From an uncultured Atribacterota bacterium (GTDB lineage Bacteria; Atribacterota; JALVIU01): a stretch of 64,000 bases of DNA. The first letter of the stretch is position 1; each line of letters opens with the position of its first letter. The notes under the pieces were generated by a model. The model saw only the letters and a program-made list of their open reading frames with translations. It ran no database searches and had not been told where the DNA came from. The stretch covers positions 1,303 to 65,302 of the forward strand of contig CAYWXH010000002.1 of NCBI GenBank assembly GCA_964462295.1, in the 5' to 3' direction. Of the stretch, positions 37,283 through 47,294 are shown piece by piece. Position numbers and translations under genes: made by a program.

Positions 37283-39619
37283 TTGAACAGATATACAAAA
37301 GACTTACGAGAAATTTTAAGAGAAATATGGGATTTACTTTTAAATGGGAGAGATATATCTCTCCCATTTAAAATGTTAAAAGAGACCATCCCTTCTGAAT
37401 CTTATCAGGGGGAGACAGGAGAGGAAATCAAAACCCTTTTAGGTATGCTTGATATACTATCGAAGAGAAAGGACCAAGAGCTTTATATCCTTTCTTTCGA
37501 ATCCATGCGCAAGATAAAGTCATTAATGGATGAGATAAATAAAGAGAAGGTTTACTCACCCATTCAGTATTTAAAGGGTGTTGGACCTAAAAAGGCCAAA
37601 ATTTTAAATAGATTAGGTATATTTACTATAAAAGATTTGCTTTTTTATTTTCCAAGAAGATATGAGGATAGGGGAGATGTAATTTCTATTCGAGATATAG
37701 TAGAGGATCAGGTCTTTGTAGTATCTGGACGGGTCTTTATACATACATACATCAGAACAAATAAGGGAAAAGATATCTTAAAGATAGGAATCGAAGATGG
37801 AACAGGGGAGCTTTATCTTGTATGTTTTAATAGAGAATTCCTGAAGGATATCCTGTATATAGGAAGAAGAGTCCTTATAGTTGGAAAAGCAAAATATAGA
37901 TTTGGAGAATATCAGTCTTCAGATTTTGAATATGAACTACTAGAGAGGGGTAAATCTGAAGATATTACTGGGATAGTACCTATATACCCTCTTACTGAGG
38001 GAATAACGCAAAAAGAATTTAGAAAAATAGTGAAAAATGCCTTGTTTTTATATGGTCTATATCTTTATGACCCTATTCCTCTTAGTATAAGAGAAGAGCG
38101 AGAGCTTCTATCCCTTCCTATTTCTCTTCGGGATATACACGCTCCCTTTATAGAAAAGGATGGTGAAATATACAACAAGAGAGGGGCTAAATCTCAGAGG
38201 AGATTCATATTTGAGGAATTTTTCTTATTTCAACTTCCTCTTGCTCTTAAAAAAAGGACTTATGTAGAGAAAAAAGGTATATCTTTTCCTTTTAGGGAGG
38301 AGCTTCTGAAAAAATTTGAAGAAAAACTCCCTTTTACCCTAACGAATGCACAAAAAAGGGTTATAAGAGAGATAATAGGGGATATGCAGAGCTCTCATCC
38401 TATGAATAGATTGATTCAAGGAGATGTAGGCTCTGGAAAGACTGTTGTTGCCTCTTTTGCGATGCTTTTGGCCTCAAATTCAGGCTATCAATCTGCTATA
38501 ATGGCTCCTACAGAGATTCTTGCAGAACAACATTTTATAGTTTTAAAGAATTTTCTCTCTCATTTTGATTTAAAAATTGAGATCCTTACAGGAAGTACAA
38601 CTCAAAAAAAGAGAAGAGAAATATTAAAAAAGTTAAAAGATGGATATATTGATGTAATTGTTGGTACCCATGCACTTATTCAAGAAGATGTAGTTTTTCA
38701 TAAATTGGGCCTTGTTGTTATAGATGAACAACATAAATTTGGGGTAGTTCAAAGGGCTAAACTTATGGATAAAGGTCTAAATCCCGATGTAATAGTAATG
38801 ACTGCTACTCCTATACCAAGAACTCTTGCCCTTTCTTTGTATGGTGATCTGGATATTTCTGTTATAGATGAAAAACCAAAGGAAAGGATAGAGATAAAAA
38901 CCTATTATGCCTTTTCTTCTCAAAGAGAAAGGGTGTATAATTTTGTAAAAAAAGAACTTGAAAAAGGAAGGCAGGGATATATTATTTGTCCTCTAATAGA
39001 AGAATCAGATTCTCTTATGGTTAAATCTGCAACTACACTTTATGAGGAATTGAAGACGCGATTTTTTGAGAATTTCTCTGTAGGATTGTTGCATGGAAAA
39101 CTCTCTGTATCAGAAAAGGAAGAGGTTATGAAATTATTTAAAGATAAAAAGATAGATTTGTTGGTATCTACTACTGTGATAGAAGTGGGGATAGATGTAC
39201 CAAATGCCACTGTTATGGTTATAGAGGATGCCCAAAGATTTGGCCTATCTCAGCTTCATCAACTAAGGGGAAGAGTGGGAAGGGGAAGTTTTGAATCATA
39301 TTGTATACTTATATTGGGTTCAAGATCAAAGGAGGCATTGGAAAGAATAAGGATTCTTGTAGAAGAAACAGATGGGTTTGCAATTTCAGAGAGGGATCTT
39401 AAGCTACGAGGACCCGGAGAGTTTTACGGTACTAGACAACATGGACTTGTAGAACTGCGAATTGCTAATATTGTATATGATGGCAAAATTTTGGAAGAGG
39501 CAAGGGCTGAAGTTATGAAATATGTGAAAAATTTTGATTCAAAAAGTAAAGAATTTATAATACTAAAAAGAGAGTTAGAGAGTAGATTTTCAAAAACAGA
39601 TCTGTCAGGAGTAGGATAA
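37283..39619 (+). CDS. recG: ATP-dependent DNA helicase RecG
   Basis: LKGVGPKKAKILNRLGIFTIKDLLFYFPRRYEDR, wedge domain, helicase motifs (GDVGSGKT, DEQHKFG), TTATPIPRTL and the TRG motif. Confidence 0.9.
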   Translation: MNRYTKDLREILREIWDLLLNGRDISLPFKMLKETIPSESYQGETGEEIKTLLGMLDILSKRKDQELYILSFESMRKIKSLMDEINKEKVYSPIQYLKGVGPKKAKILNRLGIFTIKDLLFYFPRRYEDRGDVISIRDIVEDQVFVVSGRVFIHTYIRTNKGKDILKIGIEDGTGELYLVCFNREFLKDILYIGRRVLIVGKAKYRFGEYQSSDFEYELLERGKSEDITGIVPIYPLTEGITQKEFRKIVKNALFLYGLYLYDPIPLSIREERELLSLPISLRDIHAPFIEKDGEIYNKRGAKSQRRFIFEEFFLFQLPLALKKRTYVEKKGISFPFREELLKKFEEKLPFTLTNAQKRVIREIIGDMQSSHPMNRLIQGDVGSGKTVVASFAMLLASNSGYQSAIMAPTEILAEQHFIVLKNFLSHFDLKIEILTGSTTQKKRREILKKLKDGYIDVIVGTHALIQEDVVFHKLGLVVIDEQHKFGVVQRAKLMDKGLNPDVIVMTATPIPRTLALSLYGDLDISVIDEKPKERIEIKTYYAFSSQRERVYNFVKKELEKGRQGYIICPLIEESDSLMVKSATTLYEELKTRFFENFSVGLLHGKLSVSEKEEVMKLFKDKKIDLLVSTTVIEVGIDVPNATVMVIEDAQRFGLSQLHQLRGRVGRGSFESYCILILGSRSKEALERIRILVEETDGFAISERDLKLRGPGEFYGTRQHGLVELRIANIVYDGKILEEARAEVMKYVKNFDSKSKEFIILKRELESRFSKTDLSGVG

Positions 39620-40176
39620 TGAGCTTTATATATCTAACTGGAGGAGAAAAGAAAAGACATAAAATTTTCACACGTACAGGAGATACATCTACACGACCCA
39701 CACCTTCTATTATGAGAGAGGCCCTTTTTAATATGATTGATGTAAGAGGAAAACTTTTTCTTGATGGTTTTTCTGGATTTGGTACAGTAGGCCTTGAGGC
39801 TTTAAGTAGAGGGGCTAATAAGGTTTTTTTTATAGAACTTGAAAAGAGGAATGTAGATATAATTAAAAAAAATTTGCAGAAATTATTGTATATAAGTAAA
39901 GCTACAGTAATAAGAAAAGACATTATTTTTGCATTAGATAGTTTGAAGGGTAGAGAACTTTTTGATTTTATATTTTTAGGACCACCTTATAAAAATTTAG
40001 ATATCCTTAGGTCTGTGGTACCAAAGAGTTTTAAGGTTTTAAAAAAAGGTGGGGAGGTGATAATACAATATCCCGCAGGAATAACTTCGTATGATTTTAC
40101 TAAATTTGGTATAATTTTGGCAAAAGAGAAGAAATATGGTTCAAATAAACTACTATTTTATAAAATGGAGAGTTAG
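39619..40176 (+). CDS. rsmD: 16S rRNA (guanine966-N2)-methyltransferase RsmD
   Basis: TRPTPSIMREALFNMI, FLDGFSGFGTVGLEALSRGA and the DFIFLGPPY motif. Confidence 0.85.
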   Translation: MSFIYLTGGEKKRHKIFTRTGDTSTRPTPSIMREALFNMIDVRGKLFLDGFSGFGTVGLEALSRGANKVFFIELEKRNVDIIKKNLQKLLYISKATVIRKDIIFALDSLKGRELFDFIFLGPPYKNLDILRSVVPKSFKVLKKGGEVIIQYPAGITSYDFTKFGIILAKEKKYGSNKLLFYKMES

Positions 40177-40178
40177 AT

Positions 40179-40661
40179 ATGGAAAGAGCTGTTTATCCAG
40201 GGAGTTTTGACCCAGTTACTTATGGACATCTTGATATTATACAACGAGCTTCTTCCTTATTTGATGAAGTCGTTGTAGGTGTGATTGCAAACCCTAGGAA
40301 GATACCTGCATTTACTATGGAAGAAAGGAAAGAGATGCTAGAGGAGGTAACTAAAGACCTAAAGAATGTAAGGATAGAGATTTTTTCAGGTCTATTAGTT
40401 GATTTCGTAAAATCTCAGCATGCAAGGGTTATTATAAGGGGACTAAGGGCTATTTCAGATTTTGAATATGAGATGCAACTTGCCTTTACAAATAGAAGTC
40501 TTGCCCATGATGTAGAGACCATGTTTTTGCTTACAAATATGAATTATGCTTATATAAACTCAGGCCTTGTAAAAGAAATAGCCTCTTTAGGAGGAAAGTT
40601 AGAAGAGCTTGTGCCCGATATAGTTATAAAATATTTACAAAAGAGATTCTCTAAGGAGTAA
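40179..40661 (+). CDS. coaD: Phosphopantetheine adenylyltransferase CoaD
   Basis: AVYPGSFDPVTYGHLDII, the canonical PPAT N-terminus. 160 aa. Confidence 0.95.
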   Translation: MERAVYPGSFDPVTYGHLDIIQRASSLFDEVVVGVIANPRKIPAFTMEERKEMLEEVTKDLKNVRIEIFSGLLVDFVKSQHARVIIRGLRAISDFEYEMQLAFTNRSLAHDVETMFLLTNMNYAYINSGLVKEIASLGGKLEELVPDIVIKYLQKRFSKE

Positions 40662-40664
40662 AAA

Positions 40665-42053
40665 ATGGCTAAAAAGGCAGTCGGTGTGGTTTTGGCAGCG
40701 GGTAAAGGGAAGAGAATGAAATCTTCTTTTTCAAAGATGTTGCATGAGATAGCAGGTCGAAAAATAGTAGAATACCCAGTAGATACCCTAAAAGATGTTG
40801 GAGTTGATGAAATCATAGTTGTAATAGGATATCAGGGAGAAGAAATCTCAAAAGTTTTAGGAGATAGAGTGAAGATAGTTGACCAAGGAGAACCAAAAGG
40901 TACTGCTCATGCACTTTTAACAGTAGAACCATTGTTAGAAGATTTCGATGGCAATATTTTAGTTATACATGGAGATATGCCCCTTATCCGAGAAGATACA
41001 CTAAAAGAGCTTTTGAATTTTCATATAAAAGAGGGAAATGACTTTACTTTAGTTACTACTTATGTTAAAGATTATACACTTCATTATGGGCGGATAGTGA
41101 GGGATAAAAATGGTGATATTATAAAAATAGTAGAAGAAAAAGATGCAACAGATGAAGAAAGAAAGATTTTTGAAATGAACCCTGCAGTGTACTGTTTTCG
41201 AAAAGAGGGTCTTTTTGAGGCCTTAAAAAAGATAAGGGCAAATAATGCTCAGGGGGAGTTTTATCTTACAGATATTTTAAAGATATACCTCGATATGGGG
41301 AAAAAGGTGGGCAATATTTTAATAGAGGATGATTATTCTGAGTTTATAGGGATAAATGATAGGGTAAATCTTGCAGAAGCTATAAGGATTGTTTACAAAA
41401 GAAATGCAGAGAAGCTAATGATGGAAGGTGTAACTATTATAGACCCCAATACTACTTTTATTGATAAAGATGTTAAGATAGGAATGGATACAATTATTTA
41501 TCCTTTTACTATTATAAATGGTAAAACCTCCATTGGACAAAGATGTATTATAGGTCCAAGAACGTATATAGTGAATTCTGAAATAGGGGACATGGTTCAC
41601 ATTTTGGAATCATATGTAGAAGAGTCAAATATTAAAAATTTTGCAAAAGTAGGGCCATATGCACATTTGAGACCAGAAAGTAGGATTGAAGAAGAGGCGA
41701 AAATTGGAAATTTTGTTGAAATAAAAAATAGTAAGATTGGAAAAAATACAAAGGCATCACACCTTACATATATTGGTGATTCAGATGTAGGAGACAATGT
41801 CAATATTGGTGCAGGTACAATTACCTGTAATTATGATGGGAAAAAGAAACATAAGACGATTATAGAAGATAATGTTTTCATAGGAAGTAATAATACCCTT
41901 GTAGCACCTGTTACAGTAAGAAGGGGTGCATATACAGGGGCAGGCTCTACTATAACAGAGGATGTTCCTCCTAATTCTCTTGCTTTAGGGCGAGCAAGAC
42001 AGATAAATAAAATAGATTGGGTGATAAAAAAGGAGAGAAGAAAAAATGAATAA
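40665..42053 (+). CDS. glmU: Bifunctional GlmU (GlcNAc-1-P uridyltransferase / GlcN-1-P acetyltransferase)
   Basis: N-terminal nucleotidyltransferase (VVLAAGKGKRMKS) and C-terminal left-handed beta-helix hexapeptide repeats. About 460 aa. Confidence 0.9.
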   Translation: MAKKAVGVVLAAGKGKRMKSSFSKMLHEIAGRKIVEYPVDTLKDVGVDEIIVVIGYQGEEISKVLGDRVKIVDQGEPKGTAHALLTVEPLLEDFDGNILVIHGDMPLIREDTLKELLNFHIKEGNDFTLVTTYVKDYTLHYGRIVRDKNGDIIKIVEEKDATDEERKIFEMNPAVYCFRKEGLFEALKKIRANNAQGEFYLTDILKIYLDMGKKVGNILIEDDYSEFIGINDRVNLAEAIRIVYKRNAEKLMMEGVTIIDPNTTFIDKDVKIGMDTIIYPFTIINGKTSIGQRCIIGPRTYIVNSEIGDMVHILESYVEESNIKNFAKVGPYAHLRPESRIEEEAKIGNFVEIKNSKIGKNTKASHLTYIGDSDVGDNVNIGAGTITCNYDGKKKHKTIIEDNVFIGSNNTLVAPVTVRRGAYTGAGSTITEDVPPNSLALGRARQINKIDWVIKKERRKNE

Positions 42054-42987
42054 TTTGAGGGTTTTTACGGGAAATGCTAATCCTGAATTGTCTCGAGAGA
42101 TTGTAGATATCCTAGGAATCAAACTTGGAGATGCAGAGGTGGGGAGGTTTCCTGATGGAGAGGTAAGGGTAAAAATAAAAGAAAGCGTTAGGGGAATGGA
42201 TGTATTTATTATTCAACCTACTTCTCCCCCTGTAAATGAAAATCTTATGGAACTTTTGGTGATGATAGATGCTATTAAAAGGGCATCTGCAAAGAGAATA
42301 ACCGTTGTTATGCCATTTTACGGATATGCAAAACAAGATAGAAAGACCCAACCAAGAGAGCCTATATCTGCAAAACTTGTGGCAAACCTTATAACCTCTG
42401 CAGGGGCATCTAGGATATTGACCATGGATCTTCATGCAGGACAAATCCAAGGCTTTTTTGATATTCCTGTTGACCATTTAGTAGCAGAACCCATAATTTC
42501 AAAATATATTAAAGATAAGAACTATAACTCAAAGGATATTGTTGTCGTCTCTCCAGATGTAGGAGGAACTGCAAGGGCTCGTTCTTTTTCTGCACGTCTC
42601 AATACCCATTTTGCCGTTATAGATAAATATCGCCCAAGCTATCTTGAGGTTGCGATAGAGCATATTGTAGGCGATGTAAAAGGAAAAATAGCTATTTTAG
42701 TCGATGATATGATAGATACAGCAGGTTCTATTACAAAAGGAGCAGAGGCCCTTAAAAAAGAAGGCGTAGAAAAGATTATTGCAGCTGCCACTCATCCTGT
42801 ATTTTCCCATCCTGCACGAGAGAGATTAATGGGCTCACCCATAGAAGAGATTATCGTTACAAATACTATACCTATCAAGAAAGAAGATAGATTTGATAAG
42901 CTCACTATCCTTTCTGTGGCGCCACTTTTTGCAGAGGCTATTAAGAATATACATTTTAATGAATCTGTGAGTAAAATTTTTGAGTGA
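42046..42987 (+). CDS. prs: Ribose-phosphate pyrophosphokinase Prs
   Basis: LRVFTGNANPELSREI, RFPDGE and the PRPP-binding loop ILVDDMIDTAGSI. Confidence 0.95.
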   Translation: MNNLRVFTGNANPELSREIVDILGIKLGDAEVGRFPDGEVRVKIKESVRGMDVFIIQPTSPPVNENLMELLVMIDAIKRASAKRITVVMPFYGYAKQDRKTQPREPISAKLVANLITSAGASRILTMDLHAGQIQGFFDIPVDHLVAEPIISKYIKDKNYNSKDIVVVSPDVGGTARARSFSARLNTHFAVIDKYRPSYLEVAIEHIVGDVKGKIAILVDDMIDTAGSITKGAEALKKEGVEKIIAAATHPVFSHPARERLMGSPIEEIIVTNTIPIKKEDRFDKLTILSVAPLFAEAIKNIHFNESVSKIFE

Positions 42988-43066
42988 TACTTGACCGGTT
43001 ATGATATAATTTTAATGCAAAAAGAGAATTAAAGGCTATAAAAACCAAATAGATGAAGGAGGATTT

Positions 43067-43708
43067 TTGATGGAGAACTTAGTCTTAAATATTGAAAGAA
43101 GAGAAGAACTTGGAAAAGGTGGGGCACGAAGATTAAGAAGGGCAGGATATATACCGGCTATTCTTTATTCTCCACATAAAGATGATCCAGAAGTGCCAAT
43201 AAAGATCTTAAAAAAAGAATTTCATAAGATTTTTTCAGGAGATGCTGAGCATCATGTACTTAATCTCAAATTAGAAGATGAAGAACTTATGGCTGTAATA
43301 AAAGAGATACAGAGAGATCCTATAAAAAGTGATGTACTTCATGTGGATTTCTTTAAGGTATTTAAGGGTGAAAAGGTTATAGTGGAGGTACCTATTGAAC
43401 TTATAGGTGAAGCAAAAGGTGTGAAAAAAGGTGGAATACTTGAACATCTCTTGAGAGAGATAGAAATAGAGGCAATTCCATCTCAGATACCAGATGCTAT
43501 TGAAGTAGATGTTTCTGACCTTGATCTGGGAGATACTGTATTGGTTGAAGATTTGAAACTTCCTGAAGGGGTAGAGGCTATTACTCCTTTGGAAACTGCT
43601 GTAGTTTCTATACTTTCACCTATTAAAGAAGAGACAGGAGAAGAGGTAGAGGAAGAAGAGACAGAGGAAGCTGCTCCTTCGTCTCAAGAAGAAAGCGAAT
43701 CAGAATAA
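43067..43708 (+). CDS. rplY: Ribosomal protein L25 / general stress protein Ctc
   Basis: RREELGKGGARRLRRAGYIPAILY at the N-terminus and an acidic C-terminal tail. About 210 aa. Followed by pth, as in many bacteria. Confidence 0.9.
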   Translation: MMENLVLNIERREELGKGGARRLRRAGYIPAILYSPHKDDPEVPIKILKKEFHKIFSGDAEHHVLNLKLEDEELMAVIKEIQRDPIKSDVLHVDFFKVFKGEKVIVEVPIELIGEAKGVKKGGILEHLLREIEIEAIPSQIPDAIEVDVSDLDLGDTVLVEDLKLPEGVEAITPLETAVVSILSPIKEETGEEVEEEETEEAAPSSQEESESE

Positions 43709-43714
43709 CCGGCA

Positions 43715-44284
43715 TTGAGACTATTAGTAGGACTTGGAAATCCTGGCCCAGAGTATATTTTTACTCGTCATAATTTTGGTTTTATGGCAATAGATTTTTT
43801 AATGCAACAGGTAGAGGGGCATATAAATTTTATAAAAGATAAAGAGGTTTATGGAGAATGGGCCAGGATTTTTATCAATAATAAAGAGGTATTCTTACTT
43901 AAACCTTCTACTTTTATGAATTTAAGTGGTATCAGTGTAAAGACTTTTTTAGATAGGCATACTATCCCTATCTCTGACCTCCTTGTTATTTATGATGATG
44001 TAGATCTTCCTCTAGGAAAGATGAGATTGCGGAAAAAGGGCTCCTCTGGTGGACATAAAGGTATGAATTCTATTATAGAAAACCTTGACACAACAGAGTT
44101 TGCGAGACTGAGGTTAGGAATAGGACCCAAACCTTTTCATTTGGATATGGTAGATTTTGTATTAGGAAAATTCAAAGAAGAGGAGCTTATAATTGTTAAA
44201 GATGTTCTTAGAAGGGTTAAAGACTTAATTTTTACTATTTTAGATGAAGGCATTGATATAGCGATGTCTAAATTCAATGGATAA
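43715..44284 (+). CDS. pth: Peptidyl-tRNA hydrolase Pth
   Basis: LLVGLGNPGPEYIFTRHNFGF and GGHKGMNS motifs. Apparent TTG start. Confidence 0.9.
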   Translation: MRLLVGLGNPGPEYIFTRHNFGFMAIDFLMQQVEGHINFIKDKEVYGEWARIFINNKEVFLLKPSTFMNLSGISVKTFLDRHTIPISDLLVIYDDVDLPLGKMRLRKKGSSGGHKGMNSIIENLDTTEFARLRLGIGPKPFHLDMVDFVLGKFKEEELIIVKDVLRRVKDLIFTILDEGIDIAMSKFNG

Positions 44285-47200
44285 ATGGAAAGTTTTAAAT
44301 AAAACAGAAGTATCAGGTTTTGCTTATATCCTTCGGGAAATTTATACAGAAAATAAAAATATACTTATACTATTTAAAGACAGTAAAAAGGTTGAGAATT
44401 TTTTTACAGATTTAGAGGCTTTAGGCCCCTCTATCCTCGATAATGTCCACTATTTTTATTCCTCAGGGGAGTTTCACCCAAATATATACACAAAAACGGC
44501 ATCAATTCTTACACTTCATTTGAAAGAAAAGGGGATAATTTTTGTCGCAGATGCCCAGTCTCTTAAAGAGTATGTGATAGACAGAGAACAACTCTATTTT
44601 TCCCATGTCTCTCTTAAGAAAAATGCAAAGTTTAGGAGAGATTTTCTTACTGATATATTGAACAAATATGATTATGAAAGAGTAGATAGGGTAGAGAAAA
44701 GAGGAGAGTATAGTGTAAGAGGAGGTATTATAGATTTCTATCCCTATAGTGAATTACACCCTATAAGGGTAGAGTTTTGGGGGGATGTGGTAGAATCGAT
44801 TCGTGTATTTTCTGAAGAATCTCAACTTACTATGAAAAAACTTAGAGAAAAGGATATCTTCCTCGTTCACTATAAATCATCAGAAGATATATTACTAGAA
44901 GAATTGGTAAAGAATAAATTTGCACATGTGATAGTAGAGGGGGAAGACATTTCACCTTCTTTTTCATATAAAGAGATATTCTCTTTTGTACCTTTTTTCT
45001 TGGAGACAACAGGATATAAATTTATAATAAATAATCCTCCTTCTTTTTTTGGAAAGATCCCTCTATTTGTAAAAGAGATTCATAGATTAATGGAGAAAAA
45101 TTATTCAGTTAACATATTTCTCTCTACTGAAGGGCTTGTAGAGAGATTTACAGAGATAATGGAAGAGTATAACTTACCATTTACTATCAAGAGCTCTTTT
45201 GATCCATATGATAAGGGTATTATAAATGTGATAAGGAAAGAGCTTTCCGAAGGCTTTTTCATAGAAGAGAAAAAGCTAGTAGTTTTTACAGAAAAAGAAG
45301 TTTTGGGAAGAAGGAAAAGGTCTAAATCATTACACCCTCCTACCTATCCCCAGAGAAAAAGAGTAACTTTTTCTGAATTTTCCCCAGGAGATTATGTAGT
45401 TCATAAAGATTATGGTATAGGTATATATAGGGGGCTTATCCCTCTCCCCTCAGAAGAAGGAGAGAAAGAGTATATAGGGGTTGAATATAGAGATGGGGAT
45501 ATGTTATATATCTCTCCTCAAAAGCTGTATCTTTTAAAAAAGTACATAGGTGCTACGCCTACTTTAAATAAATTAAAAAGTGGTGAGTGGAAAAAAATAA
45601 AGGAAAAGACGAAAAAGGAAGCTCAAGAGGTTGCAAAAAGATTGTACGAACTCTATACAGAAAGAAGTAAAAGAAAAGGTTTTGCCTTTTTGCCAGATAC
45701 ATTATGGCAAAGAGAACTTGAACTATCCTTCCCCTATAATGAAACAGAAGATCAAATTAAGGCATTGGAAGAGGTAAAGAGAGATATGGAAAAAGATGTA
45801 CCTATGGAAAGGATAATATGTGGGGATGTAGGGTATGGTAAGACAGAGATTGCAGTGAGGGCGGCTTTTAAAGCAGTAGAGAGTGGAAAACAGGTAGCTT
45901 TTTTGGTACCCACAACTATTCTTGCCTCGCAACATTATGAAACCTTCAGAGAAAGACTCTCTCCTTTTCCTGTAAATATAGAGATGCTATCTAGGTTTCG
46001 CTCATTAAAAGATCAGAAAAAAATAGTAAGAAAACTTAAAGAAGGGAAAATTGATATTATAATAGGGACACACAGAATCCTTCAATCTGATGTAAAGTTT
46101 AAAGATTTGGGTCTTTTGATAATTGACGAGGAACAAAGATTTGGGGTTATGCATAAAGAGAGACTAAAAGAGCTAAAGAAAAATATTGATGTGCTTGTCC
46201 TTACAGCAACACCTATCCCACGCACCCTTTATATGGCACTTACAGGTGTTAGAGATCTAAGCCTTATAACCACTCCTCCAGAGAACCGTTTGTCGATAAA
46301 AACCTTTGTTTATAAAAAGAGCAATAAAATTATAAAAGAGGCAATCTTGCATGAGATAAATAGGGGGGGACAAGTTTTTTATGTACATAATAGGATAAAA
46401 GATTTAGATAGCATAAAACTTAATTTAGAAACCCTTATCCCTAATCTAAGAGTTGTTATAGCCCATGGTCAGATGGATAGCTATATTCTTGAGGATATAT
46501 TAATTGATTTTTGGGAAGGTAAGTATGATGTCTTACTTACGACTACTATAATTGAGATAGGTATAGATTTCCCCAATGCAAATACTATAATTATAGATGA
46601 TTCCTATAGGTATGGCCTTTCCCAACTCTATCAGTTAAGGGGAAGGGTTGGGAGGTCTCATAAAAAGGCCTATGCTTATCTTCTTTATCCCTCTTATGAA
46701 AAACTGACAGGAAATTCAAAAAAGAGATTAGAGGCAATTTTTGAATATCAGGAGCTTGGGTCAGGATTTAACCTCGCACTTCGAGATTTAGAGATACGAG
46801 GGGCTGGGTCTCTCTTAGGAAAGTCCCAACATGGGTATAATGATGTAGGAATGGAACTTTATTCTGAATTTATAAGAGAGGAAATATCTGATCTTAAACA
46901 TATAACAAAAGGTTCTATACAAAAAGAGTTCGACCCCGGAATTGATTATTTTATACCTTCTGACTATATTTCTTCACCCGATGAAAGGATTTATTACTAT
47001 AATAGATTTCTTACTGTTAGCAGTAAAGATGAACTAAAAAGTTTAAAGGATGAACTTATTGATAGATTTGGGAGATATAAAAGAGATGTTAAGAAGATTT
47101 TTGACCTTGTTTCTTTAAAATTAGATGCAGAAAGCGTGGGATTTAATAAAATTGTAAAGGTTGGAAACCAATTAGAGTTTACAAAAGATGGAAAGGAGTA

Positions 47201-47294
47201 TAAAATAGATATTACTGACAGGAGCACTGAAGAAATCTTAGCATTAATACGAAATATTGTAAAAAAGGAGATCGAAAATGACAAAAAAGGATGA
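44277..47294 (+). CDS. mfd: Transcription-repair coupling factor Mfd
   Basis: 1005 aa with a UvrB-homology N-terminus, an RNAP-interaction domain, RecG-like translocase motifs (GDVGYGKTE, DEEQRFG, TATPIPRTL) and a TRG motif. Confidence 0.92.
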   Translation: MDKWKVLNKTEVSGFAYILREIYTENKNILILFKDSKKVENFFTDLEALGPSILDNVHYFYSSGEFHPNIYTKTASILTLHLKEKGIIFVADAQSLKEYVIDREQLYFSHVSLKKNAKFRRDFLTDILNKYDYERVDRVEKRGEYSVRGGIIDFYPYSELHPIRVEFWGDVVESIRVFSEESQLTMKKLREKDIFLVHYKSSEDILLEELVKNKFAHVIVEGEDISPSFSYKEIFSFVPFFLETTGYKFIINNPPSFFGKIPLFVKEIHRLMEKNYSVNIFLSTEGLVERFTEIMEEYNLPFTIKSSFDPYDKGIINVIRKELSEGFFIEEKKLVVFTEKEVLGRRKRSKSLHPPTYPQRKRVTFSEFSPGDYVVHKDYGIGIYRGLIPLPSEEGEKEYIGVEYRDGDMLYISPQKLYLLKKYIGATPTLNKLKSGEWKKIKEKTKKEAQEVAKRLYELYTERSKRKGFAFLPDTLWQRELELSFPYNETEDQIKALEEVKRDMEKDVPMERIICGDVGYGKTEIAVRAAFKAVESGKQVAFLVPTTILASQHYETFRERLSPFPVNIEMLSRFRSLKDQKKIVRKLKEGKIDIIIGTHRILQSDVKFKDLGLLIIDEEQRFGVMHKERLKELKKNIDVLVLTATPIPRTLYMALTGVRDLSLITTPPENRLSIKTFVYKKSNKIIKEAILHEINRGGQVFYVHNRIKDLDSIKLNLETLIPNLRVVIAHGQMDSYILEDILIDFWEGKYDVLLTTTIIEIGIDFPNANTIIIDDSYRYGLSQLYQLRGRVGRSHKKAYAYLLYPSYEKLTGNSKKRLEAIFEYQELGSGFNLALRDLEIRGAGSLLGKSQHGYNDVGMELYSEFIREEISDLKHITKGSIQKEFDPGIDYFIPSDYISSPDERIYYYNRFLTVSSKDELKSLKDELIDRFGRYKRDVKKIFDLVSLKLDAESVGFNKIVKVGNQLEFTKDGKEYKIDITDRSTEEILALIRNIVKKEIENDKKG

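Noticed and set aside
42988-43066. A TTGACC -35 with TGATATAAT upstream of rplY as a full sigma-70 promoter
   Set aside because: The spacer between TTGACC and TATAAT is only about 8 nt. At most this is an extended -10 promoter, so it is not listed as a feature.
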